Positions 50,501 to 61,233 of a stretch of 64,000 nt of DNA are shown in pieces. Every line of letters begins with the position of its first letter. Position 1 is the stretch's first letter. Under the pieces are notes generated by a model. That model worked only from the letters and a program-made list of their open reading frames with translations. It ran no database searches and was not told where the DNA came from. The stretch comes from Candidatus Poribacteria bacterium (GTDB taxonomy: Bacteria > Poribacteria > WGA-4E > WGA-3G), in contig CBDANF010000002.1 of the NCBI GenBank assembly GCA_965197475.1, forward strand, positions 800,001 to 864,000, in the 5' to 3' direction. A program made the position numbers and the translations under genes.

Positions 50501-51231
50501 TGGGACAATTAGATGGGAAAGTTGCAATTGTAACTGGTGGCAACAGAGGAATTGGGAAGGGAATTGCGAAGGGGCTTGCTGCTGAAGGGACAAGTTTGAC
50601 TATCGCTGCCAGGGATGCCGAGTTACTTACGCAAACAGCTGATGAACTGCGCGCACAAGGCGCGAAAGTGTTAGCTGTGCCAACCGATGTCACCGATGAG
50701 GAACAGATCAAGACACTCTTTGAAAAAGCGATGGCTGAATATGATCGGTTGGATATTCTTGTAAACAACGCAGGTGCGTTTGATGGTGGTCCGATAGCCG
50801 AACTCTCAACAGAGGCGTGGGACAAGGTTATCGGCGTGAACCTGCGTGCGCCGTTTCTCTGCTCGCGGGAAGCGATGCGAATTATGAAGGAGCAAGGTGA
50901 CGGTGGACGCATTATTAATATCGGTAGTATCTCGGCACACCGCGTCCGCCCTCACAGTGCCCCTTATAGTGCAAGTAAATTCGGGATATGGGGATTAACG
51001 CAGGTGACGGCATTGGAAGGTAGACCACATGGAATCACGGCAAGCTGCTTGCAACCCGGCAATACTTATGTTGAACGGATTCAGAACCGTCCACAACCTC
51101 CATCTGAACCGATGATGGATGTTGATGCCCTTGCGCAAGCTGCTGTCCTCATGGCAACACTTCCACCAAATATCAATATGTTGGAGGCAACAGTGTTACC
51201 TGTTGAACAACTCTATATTGGACGTGGGTAA
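50500..51231 (+). CDS. SDR family oxidoreductase
   Basis: TGGNRGIG, LVNNAG, YSASK. Confidence 0.93.
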   Translation: MGQLDGKVAIVTGGNRGIGKGIAKGLAAEGTSLTIAARDAELLTQTADELRAQGAKVLAVPTDVTDEEQIKTLFEKAMAEYDRLDILVNNAGAFDGGPIAELSTEAWDKVIGVNLRAPFLCSREAMRIMKEQGDGGRIINIGSISAHRVRPHSAPYSASKFGIWGLTQVTALEGRPHGITASCLQPGNTYVERIQNRPQPPSEPMMDVDALAQAAVLMATLPPNINMLEATVLPVEQLYIGRG

Positions 51232-51268
51232 GTTTCTGTTATGCTGCCTCTGCATTCTTCAGACAGCA

Positions 51269-52062
51269 CTAAAGCCGCAAACCTAACATCCCACTGAGGT
51301 AAAAATATGCTTCCTCGGTATAACGTGGCAGATTTTCTGGGTCCTCAACCTCTAATTCCAACGTGAGGTCACCTTGATAGTCCACGTCTTGGAGCGTTCC
51401 TATAATCTCCTGAAGGTTGAGTTCACCGCGCCCGATGCCAACAGATACAGCACCGATGTGGTCTTTGAGATGCACCGCGTAGATACACGAACCAAACTGA
51501 CGAATAGCAGCAAGCGTGTCTACCTCGGATGTGTGGAAATGTCCCGTATCAATACAAACACCAACTCGTTCATCGGGAATAGCGTCTAACACCCGTTGGA
51601 AATCCTCTGGTTGCTCAAGAACATTCCCGTGGTGCGGTTCAAGAGTCAATTTGATACAGCTTTCTGCTGGTATTCGCGCCAACACCTCTTGCACACAACT
51701 AATCACTCTATCCAATGCTCCAGATTCAGTTCTGCGTTGTGCGCCACTGGTCGTCAAATGTGTTGCGTTGAGTTGTTCGGCGATGTCTACACACTTTGCT
51801 ATTGCCTCGGCACGTGTTTCAACATCTGCGATGTCGTTACCTCCCCAACCGGGGGATAGAGTCCAGTACATCTCATGCCGGATTTGTCAATCTTCTCCTT
51901 TATCCCATCTATGTCAAACGCGTGGACAGCGTCAACACTCCAGATGAGAGGTCCGTGAATCTCCATAGAACGGTAGCCGATTTTCGGTGCATATTCTAAG
52001 GTTGCGGCTACCTCGTCTTCGGCATAGCCTCGGTAGCAGATAGAGGCACAAATGATGTCCAT
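51269..52062 (-). pseudogene. Sugar phosphate isomerase/epimerase, frameshifted
   Basis: ORFs 51799-52062 and 51269-51871 join as ..GLYPPGWGGND.. if one base is added to the G5 run at 51851-51855. Motifs LEPH, IDTGH and VHLKD. Confidence 0.8.
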
Positions 52063-52154
52063 AAAAACGCTTTCCTCTGAAATAGATACAACATTTTGGT
52101 GTAGTAAATATTTATCTCTGCGGATTTTTGCACTATTTTACGTCATCCATAATA

Positions 52155-54059
52155 TTAGTTATGGATGTCCCATAGTAGTATCGTGCTGTCACTACTCACA
52201 CTTACAAGAGTATTGCCATCCGGACTGAATTCCACACTATTGAGATAATTCGCATGCCCTACAAGCGTTTTTATGAGTTTTCCTGTTGCAATATTCCATA
52301 GTCTGACAGTGTTGTCTAAACTTCCACTCGCAAGTGTCTGTCCGTCAGTACTGAACGATAAGCTAACTACACCTTTCTGCACTTTGAGCGTTTTTGTGTG
52401 TGCGCCTGTAAATATATCCCAAAATTGGATAGCACCTTCTTCACCTCCGCCATCGCCAGTTACAAGGGTTTTTCCATCTGGACTGAAAGTTAGACAATGG
52501 ATGTTACCCCTAACGTATTGATTCGTAAGGATTTGTCTATGTGTGCCAGTTGTAACATTCCATAAACGGATGTTCCCATCTTTTGATCCATCCAAACTGG
52601 CAAGGGTGCGTCCATCCGGACTAAACACCACGCTCTTAACATGATCTGTATGTCCTGTGAGGGTTTGCTTATGCTTTCCTGTAACCGCATCCCAGAGGCG
52701 AATGACAGTATCCCCACTTGTGAGGGTTTTACTATCCGGACTGAACGATAGGCTGCTGACTGAGGACTCATGTCCTCTGAGCGTTTTCTTTCGCTTGCCG
52801 GTGGCGACATCCCACAAACGGATAGTTTTGTCCCAGCTTCCAGTTGCGAGTATTTTTCCATCTGGACTGAACACCACACTGGAGACATAATACTTATGTC
52901 CCTTGAGAGTTTTCTTATGTTTAGCTGTAGCCGCGTCCCATAGGAGAACTCTACCGTTTTCACTTCCACTTGCAAGAGTTTTCCCATCCGGACTAAAAGA
53001 CACACTATAGTGATTAATAGTATGCCTTATGATTGTGTCTTTCTGCTTTCCTGTTGCCACATCCCACAAGTGGATAATGTTGCCGTCCAAATAGTTCCAC
53101 CCTACACTTGCGAGTGTTTTTCCATCCGGACTGAACGCCACACCTGAGATATACAACTTATGTCCTTTGATTGTTTTCTTCCGTTTACCTGTGTCTGTAT
53201 TCCACAAGCAGATTGTTTTGTCACTGCTTCCACTTGCGAGCGTTTTTCCGTCCGGGCTGAACACCAGACTATTGATAGATATCTTATGTCCTATAAAGGT
53301 TTTCTTTTGTTTTCCAGTAGCAACGTCCCATAGATGAATATCTACTCCCGCCCCTGCAAGTGTCTTTCCATCCTGACTAAACGCTATGTTCCTGACTCGC
53401 TTCTTATGCGCCGTCAGTATTTGCTTTTCCTCACCAGTGGCAACATCCCATAGGATAACATCTTTGCCGCCACGCCGACTTACAAATGTTTTTCCATCCG
53501 GACTGAATGTGCTGACACCATTAAGAGCATGATATTGTCCCCAGATTGTTTTCTTGTTCATGCCTGTCTTCACATCCCATAGGTTAATCTCCCAATGACC
53601 AGCACTTGCGATTGTTTTCCCATCCGCACTAAACGACACACTGTCGAACCCAAATCTATCTCCTATAAACGTCTGCTTGTGTTCACCAGTAGCAACATCC
53701 CATAAGCGAATGCTCCCGTCCTCACTTGCACTTGCGATTGTTTTCCCATCCGGACTGAAAGCTACATTATGAATAATATCTGTATGTCCGGCGAGTAAGG
53801 CACGCGCTTCACCTGTATGTGCATCATAGAGCCAAACACCGATGGAACTAATACCTGCTAACAATGTCCCATTCGGAGAAAACTTTATTTTATTGATTTT
53901 ACCTTTACCGAGACGTGCCTTTGCACCTTCGGGCAAGTGCCACTGCGGGGAGTCGTAGAAGAAGGTATCTGGCTGATTTCGTATTGAAACGAAGCTAAAA
54001 ATCAATATGATTGAAACAATACTGATGATTAAAAAAATAAAAATTAGTTTGACTTTCAT
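52155..54059 (-). CDS. Membrane-anchored/secreted WD40 repeat protein
   Basis: N-terminal TM segment, QWHLPEGAKARLGKG, about 13-14 WD40 repeats. Confidence 0.9.
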   Translation of the reverse strand: MKVKLIFIFLIISIVSIILIFSFVSIRNQPDTFFYDSPQWHLPEGAKARLGKGKINKIKFSPNGTLLAGISSIGVWLYDAHTGEARALLAGHTDIIHNVAFSPDGKTIASASEDGSIRLWDVATGEHKQTFIGDRFGFDSVSFSADGKTIASAGHWEINLWDVKTGMNKKTIWGQYHALNGVSTFSPDGKTFVSRRGGKDVILWDVATGEEKQILTAHKKRVRNIAFSQDGKTLAGAGVDIHLWDVATGKQKKTFIGHKISINSLVFSPDGKTLASGSSDKTICLWNTDTGKRKKTIKGHKLYISGVAFSPDGKTLASVGWNYLDGNIIHLWDVATGKQKDTIIRHTINHYSVSFSPDGKTLASGSENGRVLLWDAATAKHKKTLKGHKYYVSSVVFSPDGKILATGSWDKTIRLWDVATGKRKKTLRGHESSVSSLSFSPDSKTLTSGDTVIRLWDAVTGKHKQTLTGHTDHVKSVVFSPDGRTLASLDGSKDGNIRLWNVTTGTHRQILTNQYVRGNIHCLTFSPDGKTLVTGDGGGEEGAIQFWDIFTGAHTKTLKVQKGVVSLSFSTDGQTLASGSLDNTVRLWNIATGKLIKTLVGHANYLNSVEFSPDGNTLVSVSSDSTILLWDIHN

Positions 54060-54154
54060 TTCGTGAGACTCCTTTTAGGACTTCATAGTAAACCAACAAT
54101 TTACTTGAACACCATTAACAGCGTGCTTACAAAGCGCGCCTGCAGGAAATCGCG

Positions 54155-55285
54155 CTATTTTCTCTGGTTTTTTATGTTTACTATAGGCGCGAGATCCCAT
54201 AGGATTACTTGTCTATCGCTATACCCAGTTGCAAGCGTCAGACCATCTGGACTAAATGCCAAACTATAGATACTGGATCCTGTTTCCATGAAGGTTTGCA
54301 CGCGCTGTCCAGTGTCCACATCCCAGATTCGGATCACAAAATGGTCATAATCACAAGCAAATATTTTTCCACCAGAATTGAAGGATACACCCCAGTTGGT
54401 GGCTTTACGTCCAGTAAATATGTTTTTCTGCTTACCCGTGGCAATGTCCCGCACACGGATAGTACCGTCTATACCTACACTCACAAGCATAGACCCTTCT
54501 GGATTGAATAATAAGGAATAGATTGCCCCTATATGTCCTGTGAACGTTTTTTCTTGCTTACCTGTTGCAACATCCCACAGACGAATGGTACCATCTCCAC
54601 TGCCACTTGCAAGTGTTTTGCCATCCGGACTGAATAATACACTTGAGACATAATCCGTATGCCCCGTTATTGTTTTCTTATGTTTTCCTGTAGCAACATT
54701 CCATAGATGGATAGTTTTATCAACACTGCCGCTCACGAGAGTTTTTCCATCCGGACTGAAGGCTATGCTTGAGACATAATCCGTATGACCTATAAAATGT
54801 TCAGGTATTCCTGTGGTAGTATCCCACACACGGATAGTTTTGCTCTCACCTCCATTGGCGAATTTCTCTCCATTAGGACTGAATGCCAAGTTAGTACCGT
54901 AAGGTTTATTCGGTAAGGATGTTCGCGTACTCCATGTCATGTATCTTTCTCTATGTAAGTTCACAATATCGGCTGTATGTTTTCTGAGGCTTTGCCTGTA
55001 CTCCCCTGTGGTTGCATTCCACAAGTGGATAGGTGAGCGATCACTTGTTGTCGCGAGGGTTTGACCATCTGGACTGAACAACACACCTTCAACAGCATTA
55101 ACAGATTCATAAAAGGGCTTCTCGGTTCTATGTGTGATTACATCGTGACTGAGACTTATACGAACTTTAGCACCTGCGGGCAGATCTCGATTTCGATCTT
55201 CGGAATCTTGGGCAAAGCTGCCTGGTAGATAGAATAGTGAAGCAACAAATAGTGTTAATATAATGGAAAACAGTACTTTTTTCAT
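54155..55285 (-). CDS. Secreted WD40 repeat protein
   Basis: Signal peptide (SFAQD), LPAGAKVRI, WD40 repeats. Confidence 0.88.
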   Translation of the reverse strand: MKKVLFSIILTLFVASLFYLPGSFAQDSEDRNRDLPAGAKVRISLSHDVITHRTEKPFYESVNAVEGVLFSPDGQTLATTSDRSPIHLWNATTGEYRQSLRKHTADIVNLHRERYMTWSTRTSLPNKPYGTNLAFSPNGEKFANGGESKTIRVWDTTTGIPEHFIGHTDYVSSIAFSPDGKTLVSGSVDKTIHLWNVATGKHKKTITGHTDYVSSVLFSPDGKTLASGSGDGTIRLWDVATGKQEKTFTGHIGAIYSLLFNPEGSMLVSVGIDGTIRVRDIATGKQKNIFTGRKATNWGVSFNSGGKIFACDYDHFVIRIWDVDTGQRVQTFMETGSSIYSLAFSPDGLTLATGYSDRQVILWDLAPIVNIKNQRK

Positions 55286-55314
55286 CTGAGGATCTCCGTT
55301 TGATATGTCTATAT

Positions 55315-55467
55315 TAACGTGAGCTCGGTGTAAGAAATAACGTGAGTTTCGGTATAGATAGAAGGATTTTTTACCTGTTTTTTACCTCCTAAACCCCTAA
55401 AACAGGGGGAATCAGTGGAAAAATACCCACGAACTTGTGAAAGTAGACTTATACCGAGCTCACGTTA
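55315..55467. mobile_element. MITE
   Basis: Inverted repeats TAACGTGAGCTCGGTGTAAG / CTTATACCGAGCTCACGTTA. A second left-end copy starts at 55338. Confidence 0.75.
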
Positions 55468-55469
55468 TA

Positions 55470-57749
55470 TTATTCTGCCACATCTAAAGCTTTAATTGTG
55501 GACGTTAGGTCCCATAGAAGCACTGTATCATCAAAGCTTAGACTTGAGAGGGTCTTTCCATTAGCACTGAACGAAATATTTGTGACCCACGATGCGTGCC
55601 CCGTGAGCGTCTTTTTAAGTTCTCCGGTCCGTAAATCCCATAGGCGGATGTTTTCGTCATCAGCACCTCCGATTTCGCCTTTAATATCACTTGCCAACAC
55701 CAGTCCATTGGGATAGAACTTCACGCGCCAGATAGTCTGCCGATATGCCGCGAGTGACTGTTTTTGTTTTCCTGTGGCAATATCCCACAAACGGACGGTA
55801 GCATCTTTGCTCGTACTCGCTATGGTAAGTCTGTCAGGACTGAAGGATACAGAAGATATAGCATCTGCATGCCCTCTGAACGTCTGCATCAATTTTCCTG
55901 TAGCAACATCCCATAGCTGGATAGACCCGTTCTTATGGCCACTTGTGAGCACGCTCCCATCTGAGTTAAACGATACTGCCGTAACAGCTGCCGATTGACC
56001 AGTTTGATTGTTAGTCAAGCGTTGATCCGAGAAAGTCTGGATTTGTTTGCCTGTAACCGCATCCCACATACGGATTGTGCCATCTACTCCTGCACTGACA
56101 AGTGTTTTTCCATTTGGACTAAAAGAGACACTCGCGACCAAGTCTGTATGCCCTATAAGCGTTCGCTTGTGTTTCCCAGTAGCAACATCCCACAGCCGAA
56201 TAGTTTTGTCTTCGTATGAACTCCAACTTGCCAACGTGTCACCATCTGGACTGAAAACGACACGTTTGAGAAGTGTTTTGTGTCCTCTGAGGATTCGTTT
56301 ATGTTTTCCAGTGGCAACATCCCATAGACGAATAGTTGTATCTTGGCTTAAACTCCAACTCACCAATGTTTTTCCATCTGAACTGAACAAAGAGCGTCTG
56401 ACTGGCAAGTCTTTAGTGTTACGTATCTGCCCTGAAAGGGGTTGTTGTCGTTTCGTTCCTATATCCCATAAGTAGACGGTTCTATCAGAATTTCCAGTTG
56501 CGAACTTCCTCCCATTCGGACTAAGTGATATGTATTCAGGTTCAGACGTTCTATAATGTCTCGCGCTTAAATTTGTGATTGTTTTTTTGTGTTTTCCTGT
56601 AGCAGCAACATCCCATAAACGAATAAATCCTCCGTAAGACCCAGTTGCCAGCGTTTTGCCATCCGGGGTAAAAGATACATTCCTGGCATAACCTGGGTAT
56701 TCAGCCAAGTGTTTGCGTTTTCCTGTAGCAATATCCCATAAACGTATTTTGCCACTTCCAATTAAACTTCCAACAGTCCGATTATCCGGACTGAACAACA
56801 TGTTTTCTACCTTTTTCTTAATCCCTGACTCCTCGCTATCTACATCTTTATCAATAAGGGTTTGCTTAAGGATGCCTGTCGTTGTATCCCATAACCGAAC
56901 CGTATTGTTGAATCTCACAGTAGCAAGCGTGCCACCATCCGGACTAAAAAACACTTTTTCAATTATTTCTTGTTTTTCAAGCTGTTCGGTAATTACGCCT
57001 TGATTGGCAAGTGTCTTTTTACGCCTTCCTGTGGCTATATCCCAAAAGTAGATTGTCTTATCATCGCCTACACTTACAAGCGTGCTACCATCCGGACTAA
57101 ACGATAATTTGGTGACAGCCGCTGGATGCCCTGTTAAGGTTTTCTTGTGATCCCCTGTGGTAACATCCCAAAGACAGATAGTTTGATCCTTACTTCCACT
57201 CGCAAGCATTTGACCATCTGGGCTGAAGGACAAACTCCGAAGAAATTCTGTGTGTCTTTTGAGAATATGTTTGGACTCACCTGTAGCCGCATCCCATAGA
57301 TAAATATCTTTGTGACGCACACTCGCAAATGTCCGTCCATCAGGACTGAATAACATGATACGGTCAAAAGAAGCGTCATTTGAGACAATTTTCTTAATTT
57401 TACCTGAAGTAACGTCCCATAGTGTAATGCCTCTGAACCTTTCAGCACTTGCAAGGACTGTTCCTTCTGGGTTGAACAAGATTTTTTCAACACCTCTATT
57501 ATTGTGCGCGAACAAGGCACGTTCCTGATACGTCTCTGTATCATAAATCCAAATACCGATTGTAGTAGCAACTGCCAGTACAGTACCGTCCGGGGAATAC
57601 CGCATATCATTGATACGACCTTTACCGAGACGCGCTATGACACCTTCAGGCAACTCCCATTGTGTATAGTCTTGGGCAAACGTATACGGCAGATAGAGCA
57701 TTGAAAGAAAAAATAGCATCCCAAAAATCGAAAACAACATTTTTTTCAT
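55470..57749 (-). CDS. Secreted WD40 repeat protein
   Basis: Signal peptide (TFAQD), QWELPEGVIARLGKG, about 15 WD40 repeats. Confidence 0.9.
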   Translation of the reverse strand: MKKMLFSIFGMLFFLSMLYLPYTFAQDYTQWELPEGVIARLGKGRINDMRYSPDGTVLAVATTIGIWIYDTETYQERALFAHNNRGVEKILFNPEGTVLASAERFRGITLWDVTSGKIKKIVSNDASFDRIMLFSPDGRTFASVRHKDIYLWDAATGESKHILKRHTEFLRSLSFSPDGQMLASGSKDQTICLWDVTTGDHKKTLTGHPAAVTKLSFSPDGSTLVSVGDDKTIYFWDIATGRRKKTLANQGVITEQLEKQEIIEKVFFSPDGGTLATVRFNNTVRLWDTTTGILKQTLIDKDVDSEESGIKKKVENMLFSPDNRTVGSLIGSGKIRLWDIATGKRKHLAEYPGYARNVSFTPDGKTLATGSYGGFIRLWDVAATGKHKKTITNLSARHYRTSEPEYISLSPNGRKFATGNSDRTVYLWDIGTKRQQPLSGQIRNTKDLPVRRSLFSSDGKTLVSWSLSQDTTIRLWDVATGKHKRILRGHKTLLKRVVFSPDGDTLASWSSYEDKTIRLWDVATGKHKRTLIGHTDLVASVSFSPNGKTLVSAGVDGTIRMWDAVTGKQIQTFSDQRLTNNQTGQSAAVTAVSFNSDGSVLTSGHKNGSIQLWDVATGKLMQTFRGHADAISSVSFSPDRLTIASTSKDATVRLWDIATGKQKQSLAAYRQTIWRVKFYPNGLVLASDIKGEIGGADDENIRLWDLRTGELKKTLTGHASWVTNISFSANGKTLSSLSFDDTVLLWDLTSTIKALDVAE

Positions 57750-57832
57750 TTGAAGAAACTCCTTTTACATCAACTATATAGACGTTGAAATAGGATTTGT
57801 TAACGTCTTTATTATTCACTTCACTATCTACA

Positions 57833-59922
57833 CTATTTTTCGCTGTTTATCGCTTGAGAAATGACGTTCAGGTCCCATAGAAGCGTTGTGCCATCCCAAC
57901 TGCTACTCGCGAGTGTTTTCCCATCCGAACTGAATTTTATCATCGTAACATCACCTAAATGTCCAGTAAGGTTCTTCTTCCGTTTCCCTGTAGCGACATC
58001 CCATAAAAGGAGCGTTCCATCCCCAAGACCACCTACAAGCATTGTACCGTCCGAACTGAAAGAGAGTTGAGTGATTCTTTTTATATAATCTCCAGTTAAG
58101 TATTGATCCGTAAGGGTTTTAATTTGTTTGCCAGTGGTAACATTCCACAAACGGATACTCCCGTCTCTATCTGCACTTGCAAGGGTCTTTCCATCGGAAG
58201 TAAAAGATAAGGAAGCAATGGAATTTGTATGCCCTCTTAGCGTTTCCTTCTGTTTTCCAGTAGCAACGTCCCACAGTTCTACTGCTGTACTATCATAGGC
58301 GAGTGTTTTTCCATCCGGACTGAACAAGACTTTCTCGAAAAACACTTGGTTTTCTGCGTCCTTTGCAGAGATTATCTTATGCACACCGGTGTCAACATCC
58401 CATAGGTGGAGGTATGTGTCAGTACGCCACTTACGATTTCTGATTGCCACGGTATTTGCGTCTGGACTGAAAAACAGTGCAGAAACTCTTTTCGTATTCT
58501 GCGTATTGATTCTGAGTGCTTTCTTCTGTTTTCCCGATTCCGTGTCCCAAAGACGAATCGTTTTGTCTTCACCGTAACTGATGAGTGTTTGACCATCCAG
58601 ATTGAAGGCAACTTTATTTACATCACCCCTATGCCCTCTAAGCTTCTTCTCATGTTCACCTGTGGCAACATTCCATAATCGGATTGTTTTGTCCCTACTA
58701 CCACTCGCGAGGATTTGTCCATCTGGACTAAACGACAAAATAGTGACTTGATTCGTATGTCCAGTAAGTGTATTTAGAAATTCACCTGTGTTTACATCCC
58801 ACAGATAAATTGTTTTACTTCCGAAAGTATTTGCTACGGTCACCTTATCTGCACTAAATGACACGTTTCTTGGAACAAATCCAAATAGATGTCCTAACAA
58901 AGTATTCTTATGCTTTTCCTTCGTAACATCCCATAAATGAATAACACCTTCTGCGCTTCCACTTGCAAGTGCCTTCCCATCTACACTAAACGCCAGTCTA
59001 TAAGCACCTCTTGAATGCCTTTTAAAAGTGTGTTTGCGTTTACCAGTAGCAACATCCCATAAACGAACAGTTTTGTCTGCACTCGTGCTTGCGAGCGTCT
59101 TCCCATTACTACTAAATGATAAATGCCAGATGGGCTCCTTATGCCCTTTTAGCGTTTTCTTAAGCGTTTTTGTAGCAACGTCCCATAAATGGATCGTTTT
59201 GTCGGTTCTCCCAGTCGCAAGTGTTTTCCCGTCTGGACTAAATGATATATTTGTGATTCCCACATTATTTGCATCAGAGATTGTCTGTTCATTTTGAGTT
59301 TCTGTATTCCAGAAAGTGATAGTGCCGCTGTAATTCCCACTTACAAGTGTAATTCCATCTGTGTTGAACGAAATATCAGAAACACGGTATAAATGCCGTT
59401 GGATATGTTGCTTATGTGTACTTTTTACAATATCCCAGAGATTCACACCGCTATCACTCCAACTCGCCAGTATTTTTCCATCCGGACTGAAAGAGACCCC
59501 TATAACATCTCTTCTATGACCCATAAATGTCTGCTGGAGTTTGCGGGTTTCAACATCCCATAGGCGAACAAGTTTATTGCCGCAAGCACTTGCGAGTGTT
59601 TTTCCATTAGGACTAAACGATATGCTATAACACCTTCTCTATTCTTCGCGAGAAGTGCAAATTCTTTGCCACTATGCACATCATAGAACCATATACCGAC
59701 AGAGCTTGCGACAGCGAATATGGTTCCGTCCGGAGAATACGCTAAATCATTTACGGTTCCCTTGCCAACACGCGCCTTTACACCATCAGGTAGGTGCCAT
59801 TGCGGAGAATCAGGAATGAAGGTCTCAGGTTCAAGACGATCTCGTCTTGGAACAATAGTTAGTACCACAGTAATCGCAGCTATTCCGAGGACTAAAAAGA
59901 TAAAAAACAGTGTCTTTTTCAT
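57833..59922 (-). pseudogene. WD40 repeat protein, frameshifted near 59627
   Basis: 59500-59922 (TM segment, QWHLPDGVKARVGKG) continues into SISFSPNGKTLASACGNKLVRLWD and the 57833-59524 frame if one base is added at GGT GTT AT AGC. Confidence 0.8.
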
Positions 59923-59952
59923 CTGAAAATTCTCCTTTTGACACTTCTATAC

Positions 59953-60052
59953 TGTAGGGGCGTGCTTGGACTCTATGCGGTTAGGAAACCGCACCTACCA
60001 AATAATGGTTCTATAAACTGTAGGAACGATGTCTCGTTTCTACAGTTTATAG
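59953..60052. repeat. REP-like doublet plus long hairpin (possible terminator for the upstream minus-strand gene)
   Basis: TGTAGGGGCG..TGCGGTTAGGAAACCGCACCTAC and CTATAAACTGTAGGAACGA-TGTC-TCGTTTCTACAGTTTATAG. Confidence 0.65.
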
Positions 60053-60059
60053 GAGTCAA

Positions 60060-61031
60060 CTAACCGATAGAAACCTTTGTCTTCTCTTTTGCCGATTCGT
60101 AGGTGGCTAAGACAACAGCGACTGCATGCTTGCCACCCCTACCGTCAATCATTGGGGTTTTGTTGTCATGGATACATTCAACAAAATGGGTGAGTTCGCC
60201 GACAACATGGCTTGGACCGGAACGGTCGGGGATGATCTCCTGCCAGTCGCTATCCCCGCGCTTTTTGAGATACGCGAGGTCCGCTGCCATGTCGAGACGG
60301 AGCGACCCTTCGGATCCGTCAATGATCGTTTCGTTTGTACCGCGAGCACCAAGGAAGCCACCCCAACGGAGAATGCCGACAGTACCTGTATCGTAACGGA
60401 TAAGTGAGACGGTATAGTCCTCCCAATCGTCATGCCCGGAGAAACTGCCGACCTCCGCTGCGACAATGAGTGGGGTGCCACCGAACCAATTAATCAGGTC
60501 GGATTTGTGGATACCGTTTTCTAACAATCCACCCACAGTGCCGTACCAACTCTCTGGTCGGCTACGCGGTGCATTATAGGGTCCGGTGTAATCGGTTTCA
60601 ATATAGACAACATCGCCGATGTCGCCAGCATCTACCATTTTTCTGCCGAGTTCGTGGACAGGATAGAAGCGAAGGACTTGACCAACCATGATATGTGTGC
60701 CGGCTTTGTCTGATGCTTCAATCATTTCGTCCGCTTCTTCGAGTGTCAAAGAGAGCGGTTTTTCACAGAAGGCGTGTACGCCTGCTTCTGCTGCGTCAAC
60801 GACGACTTTAGTATGTGCGACTGGGGGCGTTGCGACAACGACACCATCAACGAGTGGGAAAAGTTCTTGATAGTCTTGGAACGCACGGATGTTGTGACGT
60901 TCGGCGACAGCTTTTGCCGCGTCAAGTCGCAAATCCGCGACACCTACAAATTCACAATTTTCTACGTTGGGGAGTGAGTTGCAATGGCCATTGCCCATGC
61001 CACCTACTCCGATAACACCTATTCGGGTCAT
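60060..61031 (-). CDS. Gfo/Idh/MocA family oxidoreductase
   Basis: IGVIGVGGMG, FCEKPL, GGLLENGIH..D. Confidence 0.92.
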   Translation of the reverse strand: MTRIGVIGVGGMGNGHCNSLPNVENCEFVGVADLRLDAAKAVAERHNIRAFQDYQELFPLVDGVVVATPPVAHTKVVVDAAEAGVHAFCEKPLSLTLEEADEMIEASDKAGTHIMVGQVLRFYPVHELGRKMVDAGDIGDVVYIETDYTGPYNAPRSRPESWYGTVGGLLENGIHKSDLINWFGGTPLIVAAEVGSFSGHDDWEDYTVSLIRYDTGTVGILRWGGFLGARGTNETIIDGSEGSLRLDMAADLAYLKKRGDSDWQEIIPDRSGPSHVVGELTHFVECIHDNKTPMIDGRGGKHAVAVVLATYESAKEKTKVSIG

Positions 61032-61233
61032 GAGTCTATTCCTTTTTATCAGGTTAAGATGTTGTGCAGAGAATATATCTTAAAGTGGGGTTGGTGTCAA
61101 TTGATTTATGGTTAACGACTGTCGGCTATCAGCTTTCTCTATCGCATGGCGGGTTTCTGTGCCTATTCATCGGTTCCGCGTACCTAAAAACATGACGCAG
61201 CGTCAACCCACATTCCAATATACTCTCATCCAA

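Noticed and set aside
52273-59340. Many antisense and alternative-frame ORFs over the WD40, car and pyr genes
   Set aside because: Shadow ORFs caused by repeat periodicity and codon bias, with no RBS or recognisable motifs.
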